Counted from the first letter of the stretch, positions 1-8,638 are shown. The stretch is 32,000 nucleotides of DNA from Candidatus Kuenenia stuttgartensis (GCF_900232105.1 NZ_LT934425.1:2070001-2102000), one strand, 5' to 3'. Made by a program: numbers and translations. The notes: generated from the sequence alone by a model not told the origin.

Positions 1-426
1 TCTAAAAAATTTTATTTGAAAATGCGGGATCAAATACAAAATGAAGATGCCAGAAAGCGTTTAAAGCTGATGGCTGACTCAGAACAAGAACATGAAGAAA
101 TAGTTACTTCCTGGTATGAAGAGGCATATGGAAAAACATTTGATCCTGAAAGTACCACTTCGCATGAAAACAGACTTGATGTACAAAAACTTGACGACAA
201 TGCAGCGCTCATTGATGTTGTACGGCTTATTGCGAAGGCGGAAAATAAGGCATACCAATTTTACAAAAATGCCGCTTTTACCGCCAAAACACCGGAAGAA
301 AAAAAATTATTTGAAACCCTTGCCAGCGCTGAACAAATGCATGCAGATCAATCTTTGACCGAGCTGGATATGCTTGCCGGCGAGGAATTCTTTTTTTCAG
401 ACGAGGAGATCCCCTGGGAAATATAA
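1..426 (+). CDS. Rubrerythrin/ferritin-like four-helix-bundle protein, 5' end probably outside the window
   Basis: The frame is open from nt 1, with no stop before the TTG at 16 used by the ORF track. There are two ExxH motifs (SEQEHEE, AEQMHAD). Each is preceded by an E...(F/Y)Y helix (..KKFY at nt 1-15, AENKAYQFY), as in diiron ferritin-like domains. Confidence 0.6.
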   Translation, partial: SKKFYLKMRDQIQNEDARKRLKLMADSEQEHEEIVTSWYEEAYGKTFDPESTTSHENRLDVQKLDDNAALIDVVRLIAKAENKAYQFYKNAAFTAKTPEEKKLFETLASAEQMHADQSLTELDMLAGEEFFFSDEEIPWEI

Positions 427-537
427 AACAATCGTGACACTTTAGATTTTTGAAAAACGCAAGAACGCAAGAACGAGAGGCAAGGATGTCCGCCGTCCCT
501 ATATCGGGCGGCAAACATCGTTAGTATTGGAATTTTT

Positions 538-556
538 CAAAAGACTAAAGTGTTAC
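538..556 (+). repeat. Dispersed motif R3 copy a (CAAAAGACTAAAGTGTTAC)
   Basis: Near-identical to 8419-8437 and 18937-18956, and in reverse complement to 30314-30339. The extended match to the 18929-18956 copy begins at GGA(A)TTT. Confidence 0.6.
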
Positions 557-637
557 GTATTTTCGGTTTTTTCCGGCAAAGAGCAAAATGATTCTTTGCC
601 ATCAACTATTACCACTAAAGTTAAAAGGTTTGCAACT

Positions 638-2968
638 ATGCCCAGAGATATTCCCGTTGGAAACGGATCATTATTGGTGACCTTCGATTCAAGCTATTCG
701 GTTCGGGATTTTTACTTCCCTTATGTTGGAAAAGAAAACCATACCAGGGGTTATCCATGCCGGTTTGGGCTATGGACACAGGAAGGTTTTTCGTGGATTA
801 ATCCCAAAGAATGGAATATTTCTTTGGGGTATCTTGATGAAACGTTGGTGACTGCTGTGTTCCTCCGTCATGAAAAGCTGTGCCTTCAACTCATGTGTAA
901 CGATGTAGTTGATTTTGAGAAAAATATTTATTTGCGGAAAATGATAATTAAAAACTCCGCCCCAACAGAAAGAGAAATACGTCTTTTTTTCCATCAGGAT
1001 CTGAGTGTTATGGAAAATGAAATTGGCGATACGGTGTTTTACGACGCAAAACAAAACTGCCTCATTCATTATAAAGGTCCCCGTTACTTTTTAATCAACT
1101 GTTCGGCCGGAGACGTGTGGGGGGTGCGCGAATACGCTACCGGCATAAAACGGCACCAGGGGGCGGAAGGCACCTGGCGTGATGCGGAAGACGGCATTCT
1201 GGGAGGTAATCCAATTGCCCAGGGATCTGTAGACTCGACAATCGGCATTTCCCTGAAAATCCCTCCTTTCGGAGAATCGGTTGCATACTATTGGATTGCC
1301 GTCGGCAGGACGTATGCCGAAGTAAATTTGTTAAATAATATTCTTTTAAGCGAAAAGCCGCAAGCCATACTCGACCGTACTGCAAGCTACTGGAAACATT
1401 GGGTCAATAAAGAGGAATTTAATTATGGGAACCTTCCGGCTGAAGTAATTAATCTCTTTAAACGCAGTTTGTTGGTGCTTAAAACACAGATCGACAACGG
1501 CGGGGCAATTATTGCTGCAAATGATTCGGATATCCTTCAATACGCAAAAGATACCTATAGTTATATGTGGCCAAGGGATGGTGCTTTAGTTGCCCATGCG
1601 CTCATGAGCGCTGGCTATAGCACTGTCTGCAGAAAGTTTTTTGACTTTTGTGCGAACGTGGTTGCTCCGTACAACTTTTGTGCAAGTGTTATGGTCGAAG
1701 ACGGCTTTTTATTGCACAAATACAACCCTGACGGTTCATTCGGCAGTTCGTGGCACCCTTGGGTAAGAGGAGAAGAAATACATGTGCCTATCCAGGAAGA
1801 CGAAACAGCCCTTCTTCTCTGGGCGATTGGGCAATATTATGACATGTATCGGAAAATCGATGTAATACGCCCGCTATACCATTCGTTTATTGAAAAGGCC
1901 GCAGATTTTCTTGTAAGCTACAGAGATGATGAAACGGAATTGCCCCTCCCTTCGTATGATCTTTGGGAAGAAAGACGCGGTATTTTATCGTTTACAGTAG
2001 CTACCGTATACGGAGGCCTGATGGCCGCGTCCAGGCTCTCCGAAATATTCAATTACACGGAAAAGACAAAACTATACCGGCAGACTGCTGAAAAAATTAG
2101 AAAAGCGATGGATCAATATCTTTATAGTGAAAAGCTTAACCGGTTTTTACGCATGATAGTTCCGAAAGAAGAAGGTGGATTTGAAATAGACGAAACTGTT
2201 GACGCAAGCCTTTACGGGCTGTTTGCCTTTGGCGCTTACCCACCGGATGATGTCAGAGTACAAAACACTATGAAGGCAATTGAAGAGGTCTTGTGGGTAA
2301 AGACGGAAATAGGAGGAATTGCCCGATACGAAAGGGATTTTTATCAGCGTGCCGGCAATGATGACTCAATTCCAGGGAACCCCTGGATTATTTGCACTAT
2401 GTGGCTGGCGCAGTATTATATTGCAATTACAAAATCCGTGAAAGACCTTGATAGGTCAATATACTATTTAAAATGGGCTGTTTCACGCGCACTGCCTTCC
2501 GGCGTGCTTGCGGAACAAATTAACCCCTTTACCGGAGAGCCGATGTCTGTCTCACCCTTAACATGGAGCCACGCCACCCTCGTTCAAACAGTCATGGACT
2601 ACCTGAAAAAATTACAGGAACTGCATACCTGCGGGCAATGTGGCAGATCAATATTTCTGCATGAAAGGGATGGCAGGCAGCAAATAAAAAAACATCTGCC
2701 CGGGAACCTTGTTTCTTTTGAGGAACAAGATGTCCGCCAGTATGCCGATAACGTAATCTTAAAGAAAAATGGCGCGGCTATCTCTGTAAATATAGACAAA
2801 AATAAATGTGTTGGCTGCGGAATTTGCGCAGTAAGAGCCGGCGATGCGATTGCACTTGTAAATGATAAGGCAAGGCTTGTTCCGGAGAAAACAGGCACGT
2901 GGGATGTTGAGGAAGGATTTGAAAAGTGTTGTCCGTTAGGGGCTATTCTCGTTAAAAAAGAAACATGA
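638..2968 (+). CDS. Glycoside hydrolase family 15 (glucoamylase/glucodextranase/trehalase-like) with a C-terminal Cys-rich ferredoxin-like extension
   Basis: GH15 motifs are YSYMWPRDGA, IQEDETALLLWA, DLWEERRG, GNPWIICTMWLAQYY and SPLTWSHA. The C-terminal ~110 aa carry CGQC, CVGCGIC and CCP. I chose the ATG at 638 (MPRDIPVGNG) over the track's TTG at 527, because 527-637 holds a repeat motif and two hairpins. Confidence 0.85.
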   Translation: MPRDIPVGNGSLLVTFDSSYSVRDFYFPYVGKENHTRGYPCRFGLWTQEGFSWINPKEWNISLGYLDETLVTAVFLRHEKLCLQLMCNDVVDFEKNIYLRKMIIKNSAPTEREIRLFFHQDLSVMENEIGDTVFYDAKQNCLIHYKGPRYFLINCSAGDVWGVREYATGIKRHQGAEGTWRDAEDGILGGNPIAQGSVDSTIGISLKIPPFGESVAYYWIAVGRTYAEVNLLNNILLSEKPQAILDRTASYWKHWVNKEEFNYGNLPAEVINLFKRSLLVLKTQIDNGGAIIAANDSDILQYAKDTYSYMWPRDGALVAHALMSAGYSTVCRKFFDFCANVVAPYNFCASVMVEDGFLLHKYNPDGSFGSSWHPWVRGEEIHVPIQEDETALLLWAIGQYYDMYRKIDVIRPLYHSFIEKAADFLVSYRDDETELPLPSYDLWEERRGILSFTVATVYGGLMAASRLSEIFNYTEKTKLYRQTAEKIRKAMDQYLYSEKLNRFLRMIVPKEEGGFEIDETVDASLYGLFAFGAYPPDDVRVQNTMKAIEEVLWVKTEIGGIARYERDFYQRAGNDDSIPGNPWIICTMWLAQYYIAITKSVKDLDRSIYYLKWAVSRALPSGVLAEQINPFTGEPMSVSPLTWSHATLVQTVMDYLKKLQELHTCGQCGRSIFLHERDGRQQIKKHLPGNLVSFEEQDVRQYADNVILKKNGAAISVNIDKNKCVGCGICAVRAGDAIALVNDKARLVPEKTGTWDVEEGFEKCCPLGAILVKKET

Positions 2969-5421
2969 AAATAAGACATAAACTGGTAATCATTTTGGCA
3001 GTTTTACTGATCGCATTGAACGGTATCGTGGGGTTTTTTATCTACAAGCAAACACGCCAGGAATTCACAAAAGAAATCCGGGGAAAGGCAAAAATGCTGG
3101 TGATACAACTGGAAACGACACGGAATTATCTTGCCTCCATCATGCATAAAATAGAACTTAACGAGCAAACAAAAAAATTTATTCCTGCCGTTGCCACAAA
3201 CGCCATCAGTAAAAATTTTGCAGAAAAAACGGGTTATGTCATTAAACAGACGAGCTTAAGATACCGGAATGAAGAAAACAAACCCGATCTCTTCGAAGAA
3301 AAAATACTCAGGAAAATGGAAGAAGACCCTACTATTAAGGAATACTGGGCAGACGATGTTTTTGATGGAAAAAGAGTAGAACGTTACCTATATCCGCTAT
3401 ATGTAACAAAAGACTGCCTTCTTTGTCACGGGCCAAGAGAAAAGGCACCACCGGTTGTGCGGGATTATTATGATGCGGGCTATGATTACCAACTGGGAGA
3501 AATAAGGGGGGCGTTCAGCGTCATTATACCAAAGGAAATAGCTGAACAGCGGTATGCCGCGGCTATTATATTTTTCATTATTATTGGAACGGCAAGCATT
3601 TTACTGGTAGTGGTCATTATATTTTTCACTACAAACAAATTCCTGAAGCCTATAGAAAAATTAACTGCCGCCGCCACGGCCATTAAAAAAACCGGCGATT
3701 TAACAACAAGGGTAGAAATTTCAACCAATGATGAAGTCGGGCAGTTGGGAGAAGCTTTTAATGACATGTCGGACAAGTTGAGGTCATCGTATGCTATGCT
3801 GGAGCAGCGTATTACTGAGAAAACAGAACATTTACAAAAGGCGGTCTCTGCGCTGAAGCGTGCGAACAGGATGAAATCAGAGTTTTTAGCCAATATGTCT
3901 CACGAACTCCGTACCCCTCTTAACGCAATAATCGGATTTGCGGAGGTGCTGAAAGATAAACTCTGCGGAGAGTTAAATGCCGAGCAGGAAGATTTTGTTA
4001 AGGACATCCACAGCAGCGGGAGACATCTTCTGCAAATGATTAACGATATACTGGATTTGTCAAAAATCGAAGCCGGCAAGATGGAACTGCAGTATGAATC
4101 ATTTCTTGTATCCGACGCCATCGAGGATGTCTATACTATTTTAAAAGGCCTGGCCAAAAAGAAGCAGCTTCAGTTAAAAACGGTTATACAAGAAGATGTG
4201 AAAGATATTGAAGCAGACCGGGTGAAATTTAAACAGATATTATACAACCTTCTCTCAAACTCCATAAAATTCACGCCGCAGAATGGTACAATTACAACAA
4301 ATGCAGCTATTGTGGACGGAAAAATGCAGGTTTCCGTGTCTGATTCAGGCATAGGGATAAAACCCGAGGACCGTGAAAAAGTGTTTAAAGAATTCTGGCA
4401 GGCAGACAGCTCGTTTTCAAGAAAATATGAAGGCACAGGGTTGGGACTTGCTTTAACCAGGAGGATTGTTGAGATGCACGGGGGAAAGATTTGGCTCAAA
4501 AGTGAATATGGGAAAGGGAGTACTTTTTATTTTACGATTCCAGTAACAAAATCTCAAAGAATCCTGCATCCGGAGGATGAGATGGCTACGGTATGTCCCA
4601 TATGCGGCGAGGAGGTAGGGGATGAAGGAACACATGTGCATAAGCTGTCCCCGGTAGTAACAAAAGGAAAAAAAACTATTCTCGTTATAGAAGATAATCG
4701 TATGTCTGCCAATCTCCTTACCTTATATTTAACGAATGCCGGATATAACGTCGTTGTAACGGCAGACGGAGTAGGTGCAGTTGAAAAGGCGAAACAATGC
4801 AACCCGTTCCTGATTACGCTTGACATTTTGCTGCCGGGAATTGACGGATGGGAAGTCATTTCTAAACTGAAGGGCGATAAAGATACCGCTCACATACCGG
4901 TAATAATCGTTTCAATCTTTGACAACAAAGAACTTGGGTACAGTCTGGGTGCTGCTGAATATCTGATAAAACCTGTAGGCAGAAAACAGCTAGTAGATGC
5001 AGTAAATGCGGTTGCCAATACCTTAAAAACAAAAGAAGAACCAGTGAAAATTCTCGTGGTGGACGATGACGAGAAGGCGGTCAAACATATAACCACTATT
5101 CTAAAAGAAAAGGGGTGTGATGTTTTAAAGGCGTACAGCGGCGAAGCAGGCATCAACCTCGCTTTAGAAAAGCACCCTGATATTATCATCCTGGACCTGA
5201 TGATGCCGGGCATGAGCGGATTTGAAGTCATAGAAATATTAAAAGCACATCCGGTTGCAAAAGAAATCCCTATTATTATTTGCTCCGCAAAGGATATTAC
5301 CCCGGAAGAGAAAAAAGAATTAAACGGCAACATACTGGCCTTAATTCAAAAGGGAAGTCATACTGAGGAGGATCTCCTTATGGCAATCAGGAAAATAGAG
5401 CAAACCCACCATAAAGGATAG
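2965..5421 (+). CDS. Hybrid sensor histidine kinase: DUF3365/Tll0287-like heme-c sensor, TM, HAMP, HisKA, HATPase_c, REC, REC
   Basis: The N-terminal TM helix is followed by a domain with CLLCH (nt 3415-3429) in the context LYPLYVTKDCLLCHGP typical of DUF3365. A second TM helix and HAMP (EAFNDMSDKL) follow. The H-box is MSHELRTPLN and the G-boxes are DSGIGI and GTGLGLAL. Two receiver domains have LDILLPG and LDLMMPG acceptor sites. The start ATG overlaps the upstream stop (ATGA). Confidence 0.9.
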   Translation: MKIRHKLVIILAVLLIALNGIVGFFIYKQTRQEFTKEIRGKAKMLVIQLETTRNYLASIMHKIELNEQTKKFIPAVATNAISKNFAEKTGYVIKQTSLRYRNEENKPDLFEEKILRKMEEDPTIKEYWADDVFDGKRVERYLYPLYVTKDCLLCHGPREKAPPVVRDYYDAGYDYQLGEIRGAFSVIIPKEIAEQRYAAAIIFFIIIGTASILLVVVIIFFTTNKFLKPIEKLTAAATAIKKTGDLTTRVEISTNDEVGQLGEAFNDMSDKLRSSYAMLEQRITEKTEHLQKAVSALKRANRMKSEFLANMSHELRTPLNAIIGFAEVLKDKLCGELNAEQEDFVKDIHSSGRHLLQMINDILDLSKIEAGKMELQYESFLVSDAIEDVYTILKGLAKKKQLQLKTVIQEDVKDIEADRVKFKQILYNLLSNSIKFTPQNGTITTNAAIVDGKMQVSVSDSGIGIKPEDREKVFKEFWQADSSFSRKYEGTGLGLALTRRIVEMHGGKIWLKSEYGKGSTFYFTIPVTKSQRILHPEDEMATVCPICGEEVGDEGTHVHKLSPVVTKGKKTILVIEDNRMSANLLTLYLTNAGYNVVVTADGVGAVEKAKQCNPFLITLDILLPGIDGWEVISKLKGDKDTAHIPVIIVSIFDNKELGYSLGAAEYLIKPVGRKQLVDAVNAVANTLKTKEEPVKILVVDDDEKAVKHITTILKEKGCDVLKAYSGEAGINLALEKHPDIIILDLMMPGMSGFEVIEILKAHPVAKEIPIIICSAKDITPEEKKELNGNILALIQKGSHTEEDLLMAIRKIEQTHHKG

Positions 5422-5594
5422 TGGTACCCCTATAATAAAATGAAACATCCATAAGCCGTTGCTCACAAGGGGAGATAAAACTTCCACTAGTCGAAGGCTC
5501 ACAAAAGGGCATGAAAAATTTTATTTTTAAACAGCCAAATTCATTTTCGAAAGAAAATTACTATACAACCGATATATCGGGAAGGGGACAATGA

Positions 5595-5966
5595 ATGTCG
5601 AATAAAAACGTAATGGTAGTAGAAGATAATGAAAAAAACAGAAAATTGATACGCGTCGTGCTTAAAGCAAAGGGATATAATGTCATCGAAGCAACTACCG
5701 GCGAGGAAGCATTAAGTTTGTTGAAAGAACAAATACCGGATATCATTCTTATGGACATACAACTTCCAGGGATTGACGGGCTGACACTGATACGGCAAAT
5801 CAAAGCCGATGCCGGTAAAAAAGATATTCCCATAATAGCGGTAACTGCCCATGCAATGAAGGGGGACCAACAAAAGATACTGGATACGGGTTGTGACGCA
5901 TATATGAGCAAACCTATTGATACAAGAGAATTGCCTCTTACTATAGAAAAATATTTAAAAAAATAA
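5595..5966 (+). CDS. Single-domain CheY/DivK-like response regulator
   Basis: Supporting motifs are VMVVEDNEKN, ILMDIQLPGIDG, AVTAHAM and YMSKP. A GAAGGGGA RBS lies upstream. Confidence 0.9.
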   Translation: MSNKNVMVVEDNEKNRKLIRVVLKAKGYNVIEATTGEEALSLLKEQIPDIILMDIQLPGIDGLTLIRQIKADAGKKDIPIIAVTAHAMKGDQQKILDTGCDAYMSKPIDTRELPLTIEKYLKK

Positions 5967-6062
5967 ATAGTCTGTTCAGAACACAGAAAAAAGGACTTTG
6001 TAGTTGCTATTCCTGTATTTTGACAGGCATTACTTTTATCAGAAAGAGAACACGGGTATTCT

Positions 6063-6779
6063 ATGGCAAAAATACTGGTAGCCGATGATATAACACAAAA
6101 TGTCAAACTGCTGAGGGTTATTTTAACAGCATTCAAATATGAAGTAATCGAAGCATATGACGGAGAAGAGGCTTTAAACAAGGCAAGAACGGAAAACCCC
6201 GATTTAATTTTGCTTGACATAATGATGCCTAAGATTACCGGATACGAAGTTTGTAAAAAATTACGCGCGGATGAGGCCACAAAAAACATCCCGATAATAA
6301 TGATTACCGCTTTGCATGAAATGGACGACCGCATTAAGGGGATTGAGGCAGGTGCGGATGATTTTATCAGCAAGCCCTTCAACAAAACAGAACTCCTTGC
6401 AAGGGTAAAATCATTGCTTCGTCCGAGAACTGTGGCAGGCAGGGAGGATGAATCTGAAGTACTCAACATAATACTGGCAAATATAGATGAAGGCGTTGTT
6501 GTGGTCAACGGTCAGTGGGAAATTAAAAATATTAATCAAACCGCACAGCAACTATTGCAAATCCCAGGAACGGAGCAAAAGGACATGCTTGCCTGCCTCT
6601 CTCAAATGGAGCTGACAACGCCCGTTGATACGCTTGCCAACGCACAGGAAAAAGACACAAATTTTCAGATATCCATTTCCAAAGGACAAACGCCGGTAAA
6701 AATAAACGCCCGATTAATAAAGATTTTCGATGCAGATAAAAAGTTGTCAACCGGTGTACTGATTATGAAGAATCCATAG
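6063..6779 (+). CDS. Response regulator, REC plus C-terminal PAS-like domain
   Basis: REC motifs are ILVADD, LLDIMMPKITG, MITALHE and FISKPF. The C-terminal ~110 aa (LNIILANIDEGVVVVNGQWEIKNINQTAQQLL...) resemble a PAS fold, and no DNA-binding domain is visible. Confidence 0.8.
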   Translation: MAKILVADDITQNVKLLRVILTAFKYEVIEAYDGEEALNKARTENPDLILLDIMMPKITGYEVCKKLRADEATKNIPIIMITALHEMDDRIKGIEAGADDFISKPFNKTELLARVKSLLRPRTVAGREDESEVLNIILANIDEGVVVVNGQWEIKNINQTAQQLLQIPGTEQKDMLACLSQMELTTPVDTLANAQEKDTNFQISISKGQTPVKINARLIKIFDADKKLSTGVLIMKNP

Positions 6780-6799
6780 AGAAAAAGAAGATAACTAAA

Positions 6800-8284
6800 A
6801 TGACTACATTATTTGAAGATGGCTTGCACGGTCTTAACAAGCAACATCTTTCCATGCTCATACATAGCATAGAACATGGCTCAAGATCCGTTATCGTTAC
6901 CGACGTAAAGGGCTGTATCCAATATGTCAATCCTGCCTTTGTTAAAATAACCGGATATGCCAAAGAAGAGGCCATTGGAAAAAATCCACGCATATTAAAA
7001 TCCGGAGAAACCCCTCAGGGACAGTACAAACAGCTCTGGGAAACCATTGTCTCCGGAAACGAATGGGAGGGGGAATTCCACAACCGGAAAAAGACCGGAG
7101 AATATTATTGGGTCTTTGCAACCATTTCCCCAATGAAGAACGAAGAAGGGGCCATTACCCATTTCGTTGCAATTCAAAGAGAAATCACTGAACGCAAGCG
7201 TAAAGAAGTACGCTTCAATGCGTTTGTCAAAAACACGGCGGACGCCCTTATTGCCATCGATGAACAGGGCGTTGTTGAACTATTTAATCCTGCCGCAGAA
7301 AAGATGTTTGGTTATAAAAAAGAAGAGGTTGTTGGCGAAAACGTTATTATGCTAATGCCGGAATCATACCGCAAAAAACATGAAGATGGGTTAAAAAGAT
7401 ATTTGAACACGGGAAAGGCCAGAATACTTGGCACAGGGCCTATCGAACTGGAAGCACTGCGAAAAGACGGAACGGCTTTCCCTATAGAATTAACGATAGG
7501 AGATGCCCGCCTGGATGAATATTTTACCTTTATTGGCATTATCCGCGATATTACCGAGCGCAAATGGGCGGAACAGAAATTGATACACTCTATGGAAGAA
7601 TTGTCCCGTTCCAACGCAGAACTTCAGCAATTTGCCTATGTCGCATCGCATGACCTGCAGGAACCGCTGCGTATGATTACCAGTTATACCAAACTACTGG
7701 AGCGCCGTTATAAAGACAAACTTGATTCCAATGCCAACGAATACATTGCCTTTGCAGTGGACGGCGCAATGAGGATGCAACAGCTCATTAATGACCTGCT
7801 GGCATATTCGCGTGTGACTTCCCGATGCAGGAATTTTGAACCTGTTAATTGCACGGAGGTGTTTAACCGTGTTGCCAAAAACCTTAAAATAGCCATTGAG
7901 GAAAGTGGGGCTGCAATAACCCAGGATCACTTGCCGGTTGTAATGGCCGATCCATCTCAGCTCACACAATTATTTCAGAATCTTATTGGCAACGCCCTTA
8001 AATTCCGCGGCGAAGCGCCTCCGCGTGTACATATTTCTGCAGAGAAAAAAGAGAGTGAATGGATATTCTCTGTCAGCGACAATGGTATCGGAATAGACCC
8101 GCAGTATTACGATCGCATATTCATTGTTTTCCAGAGATTGCATGGCAAAGAAGACTATCCAGGATCCGGGATAGGGCTTTCCATTTGCAAAAAGATCGTT
8201 GAACGCCATTCCGGACGGATATGGTTAAAATCAGAGCCGGGGAAAGGCGCTACATTTTATTTCTCACTGCCCGTAAGAAATTAA
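6800..8284 (+). CDS. PAS-PAS sensor histidine kinase (phytochrome-type HisKA)
   Basis: There are two PAS domains (YVNPAFVKITGY..., LFNPAAEKMFGY...). The H-box is FAYVASHDLQEPLR, the N-box QNLIGNALKF, and the G-boxes are DNGIGI and GSGIGLSICK. Confidence 0.9.
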   Translation: MTTLFEDGLHGLNKQHLSMLIHSIEHGSRSVIVTDVKGCIQYVNPAFVKITGYAKEEAIGKNPRILKSGETPQGQYKQLWETIVSGNEWEGEFHNRKKTGEYYWVFATISPMKNEEGAITHFVAIQREITERKRKEVRFNAFVKNTADALIAIDEQGVVELFNPAAEKMFGYKKEEVVGENVIMLMPESYRKKHEDGLKRYLNTGKARILGTGPIELEALRKDGTAFPIELTIGDARLDEYFTFIGIIRDITERKWAEQKLIHSMEELSRSNAELQQFAYVASHDLQEPLRMITSYTKLLERRYKDKLDSNANEYIAFAVDGAMRMQQLINDLLAYSRVTSRCRNFEPVNCTEVFNRVAKNLKIAIEESGAAITQDHLPVVMADPSQLTQLFQNLIGNALKFRGEAPPRVHISAEKKESEWIFSVSDNGIGIDPQYYDRIFIVFQRLHGKEDYPGSGIGLSICKKIVERHSGRIWLKSEPGKGATFYFSLPVRN

Positions 8285-8317
8285 TTCAAAGGATAGTACC
8301 TTACTGGTAATTTCTTT

Positions 8318-8349
8318 GCACACTTCCATTCGCCAGTGCGTGCTTTTTG
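8318..8349 (+). terminator. Possible intrinsic terminator after the PAS kinase
   Basis: GCACACT..AGTGCGTGC forms an imperfect stem (7 bp with a 2-nt bulge) followed by TTTTTGG, 34 nt after the stop codon. Confidence 0.35.
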
Positions 8350-8366
8350 GCAAAATATTTAATGGT

Positions 8367-8517
8367 AAAATCCGAAATTCTAAATTTCAATTTTCAAATA
8401 TTTAAAAACCCGGTTTTTTAAAAAACTAAAGTGTTACGGTTTTGTTCATTGGGATTTTGTATTTTGGAATTTGTTTCGTGCTTCGTATTTTTTATCTCGT
8501 GATTGTTTGGTTCTGGC
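8367..8517 (+). repeat. AT-rich intergenic repeat R1, copy A (about 150 bp, carries an R3 module as an insertion)
   Basis: It aligns with 27525-27651. The shared blocks are AAATCC, TAAATTT(C/T)AATTTTCAAAT, AAAACCCGGTTTTTT, a 33-nt core CATTGGGATT(T/C)TGTATTTTGGAATTTGTTTCGT (32/33 identical) and the end GTTTGGTTCTGGC. Confidence 0.8.
8419..8437 (+). repeat. Dispersed motif R3 copy b (TAAAAAACTAAAGTGTTAC) nested in R1 copy A
   Basis: This segment is present in copy A but absent at the equivalent position of R1 copy B. It matches 538-556, 18937-18956 and 30314-30339 (rc). Confidence 0.6.
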
Positions 8518-8527
8518 GATGACAGCG

Positions 8528-8573
8528 TAGGAATTTCAATGTTAATGTAGAGACGCATTGCATGCATCTCTAC
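8528..8573 (+). repeat. Hairpin repeat R2 copy 1
   Basis: TAGGAATTTCAATGTTAATGTAGAGACGCATTGCATGCATCTCTAC. The hairpin GTAGAGACGCA/TGCATCTCTAC pairs 10 of 11 positions around a 5-nt loop. About 38 of 46 nt are identical to 11685-11730. Confidence 0.75.
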
Positions 8574-8638
8574 ATTGACATCAATAACAGAATAAAGTCG
8601 CTGCTAAAGGCAGCCTAATTTATGGAGATGATTCATAT

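Noticed and set aside
450-520. ACGCAAGA ACGCAAGA tandem and GGCAAAC, reminiscent of c-di-GMP-I (GEMM) conserved strings
   Set aside because: The order of the elements is reversed relative to the riboswitch, and the required GNRA tetraloop/receptor helices cannot be drawn.
527-637. Track start (TTG at 527) for the GH15 gene
   Set aside because: The extra 37 codons cover the R3 repeat motif and two hairpins and add a non-homologous N-terminus. The ATG at 638 gives the usual GH15 N-terminus.
5561-6508. 315-aa ORF on the minus strand
   Set aside because: It runs antisense to two well-supported response-regulator genes and the spacer between them. The product is low-complexity (S/I/T/A-rich) and has no recognisable motif. 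This is a typical shadow ORF.
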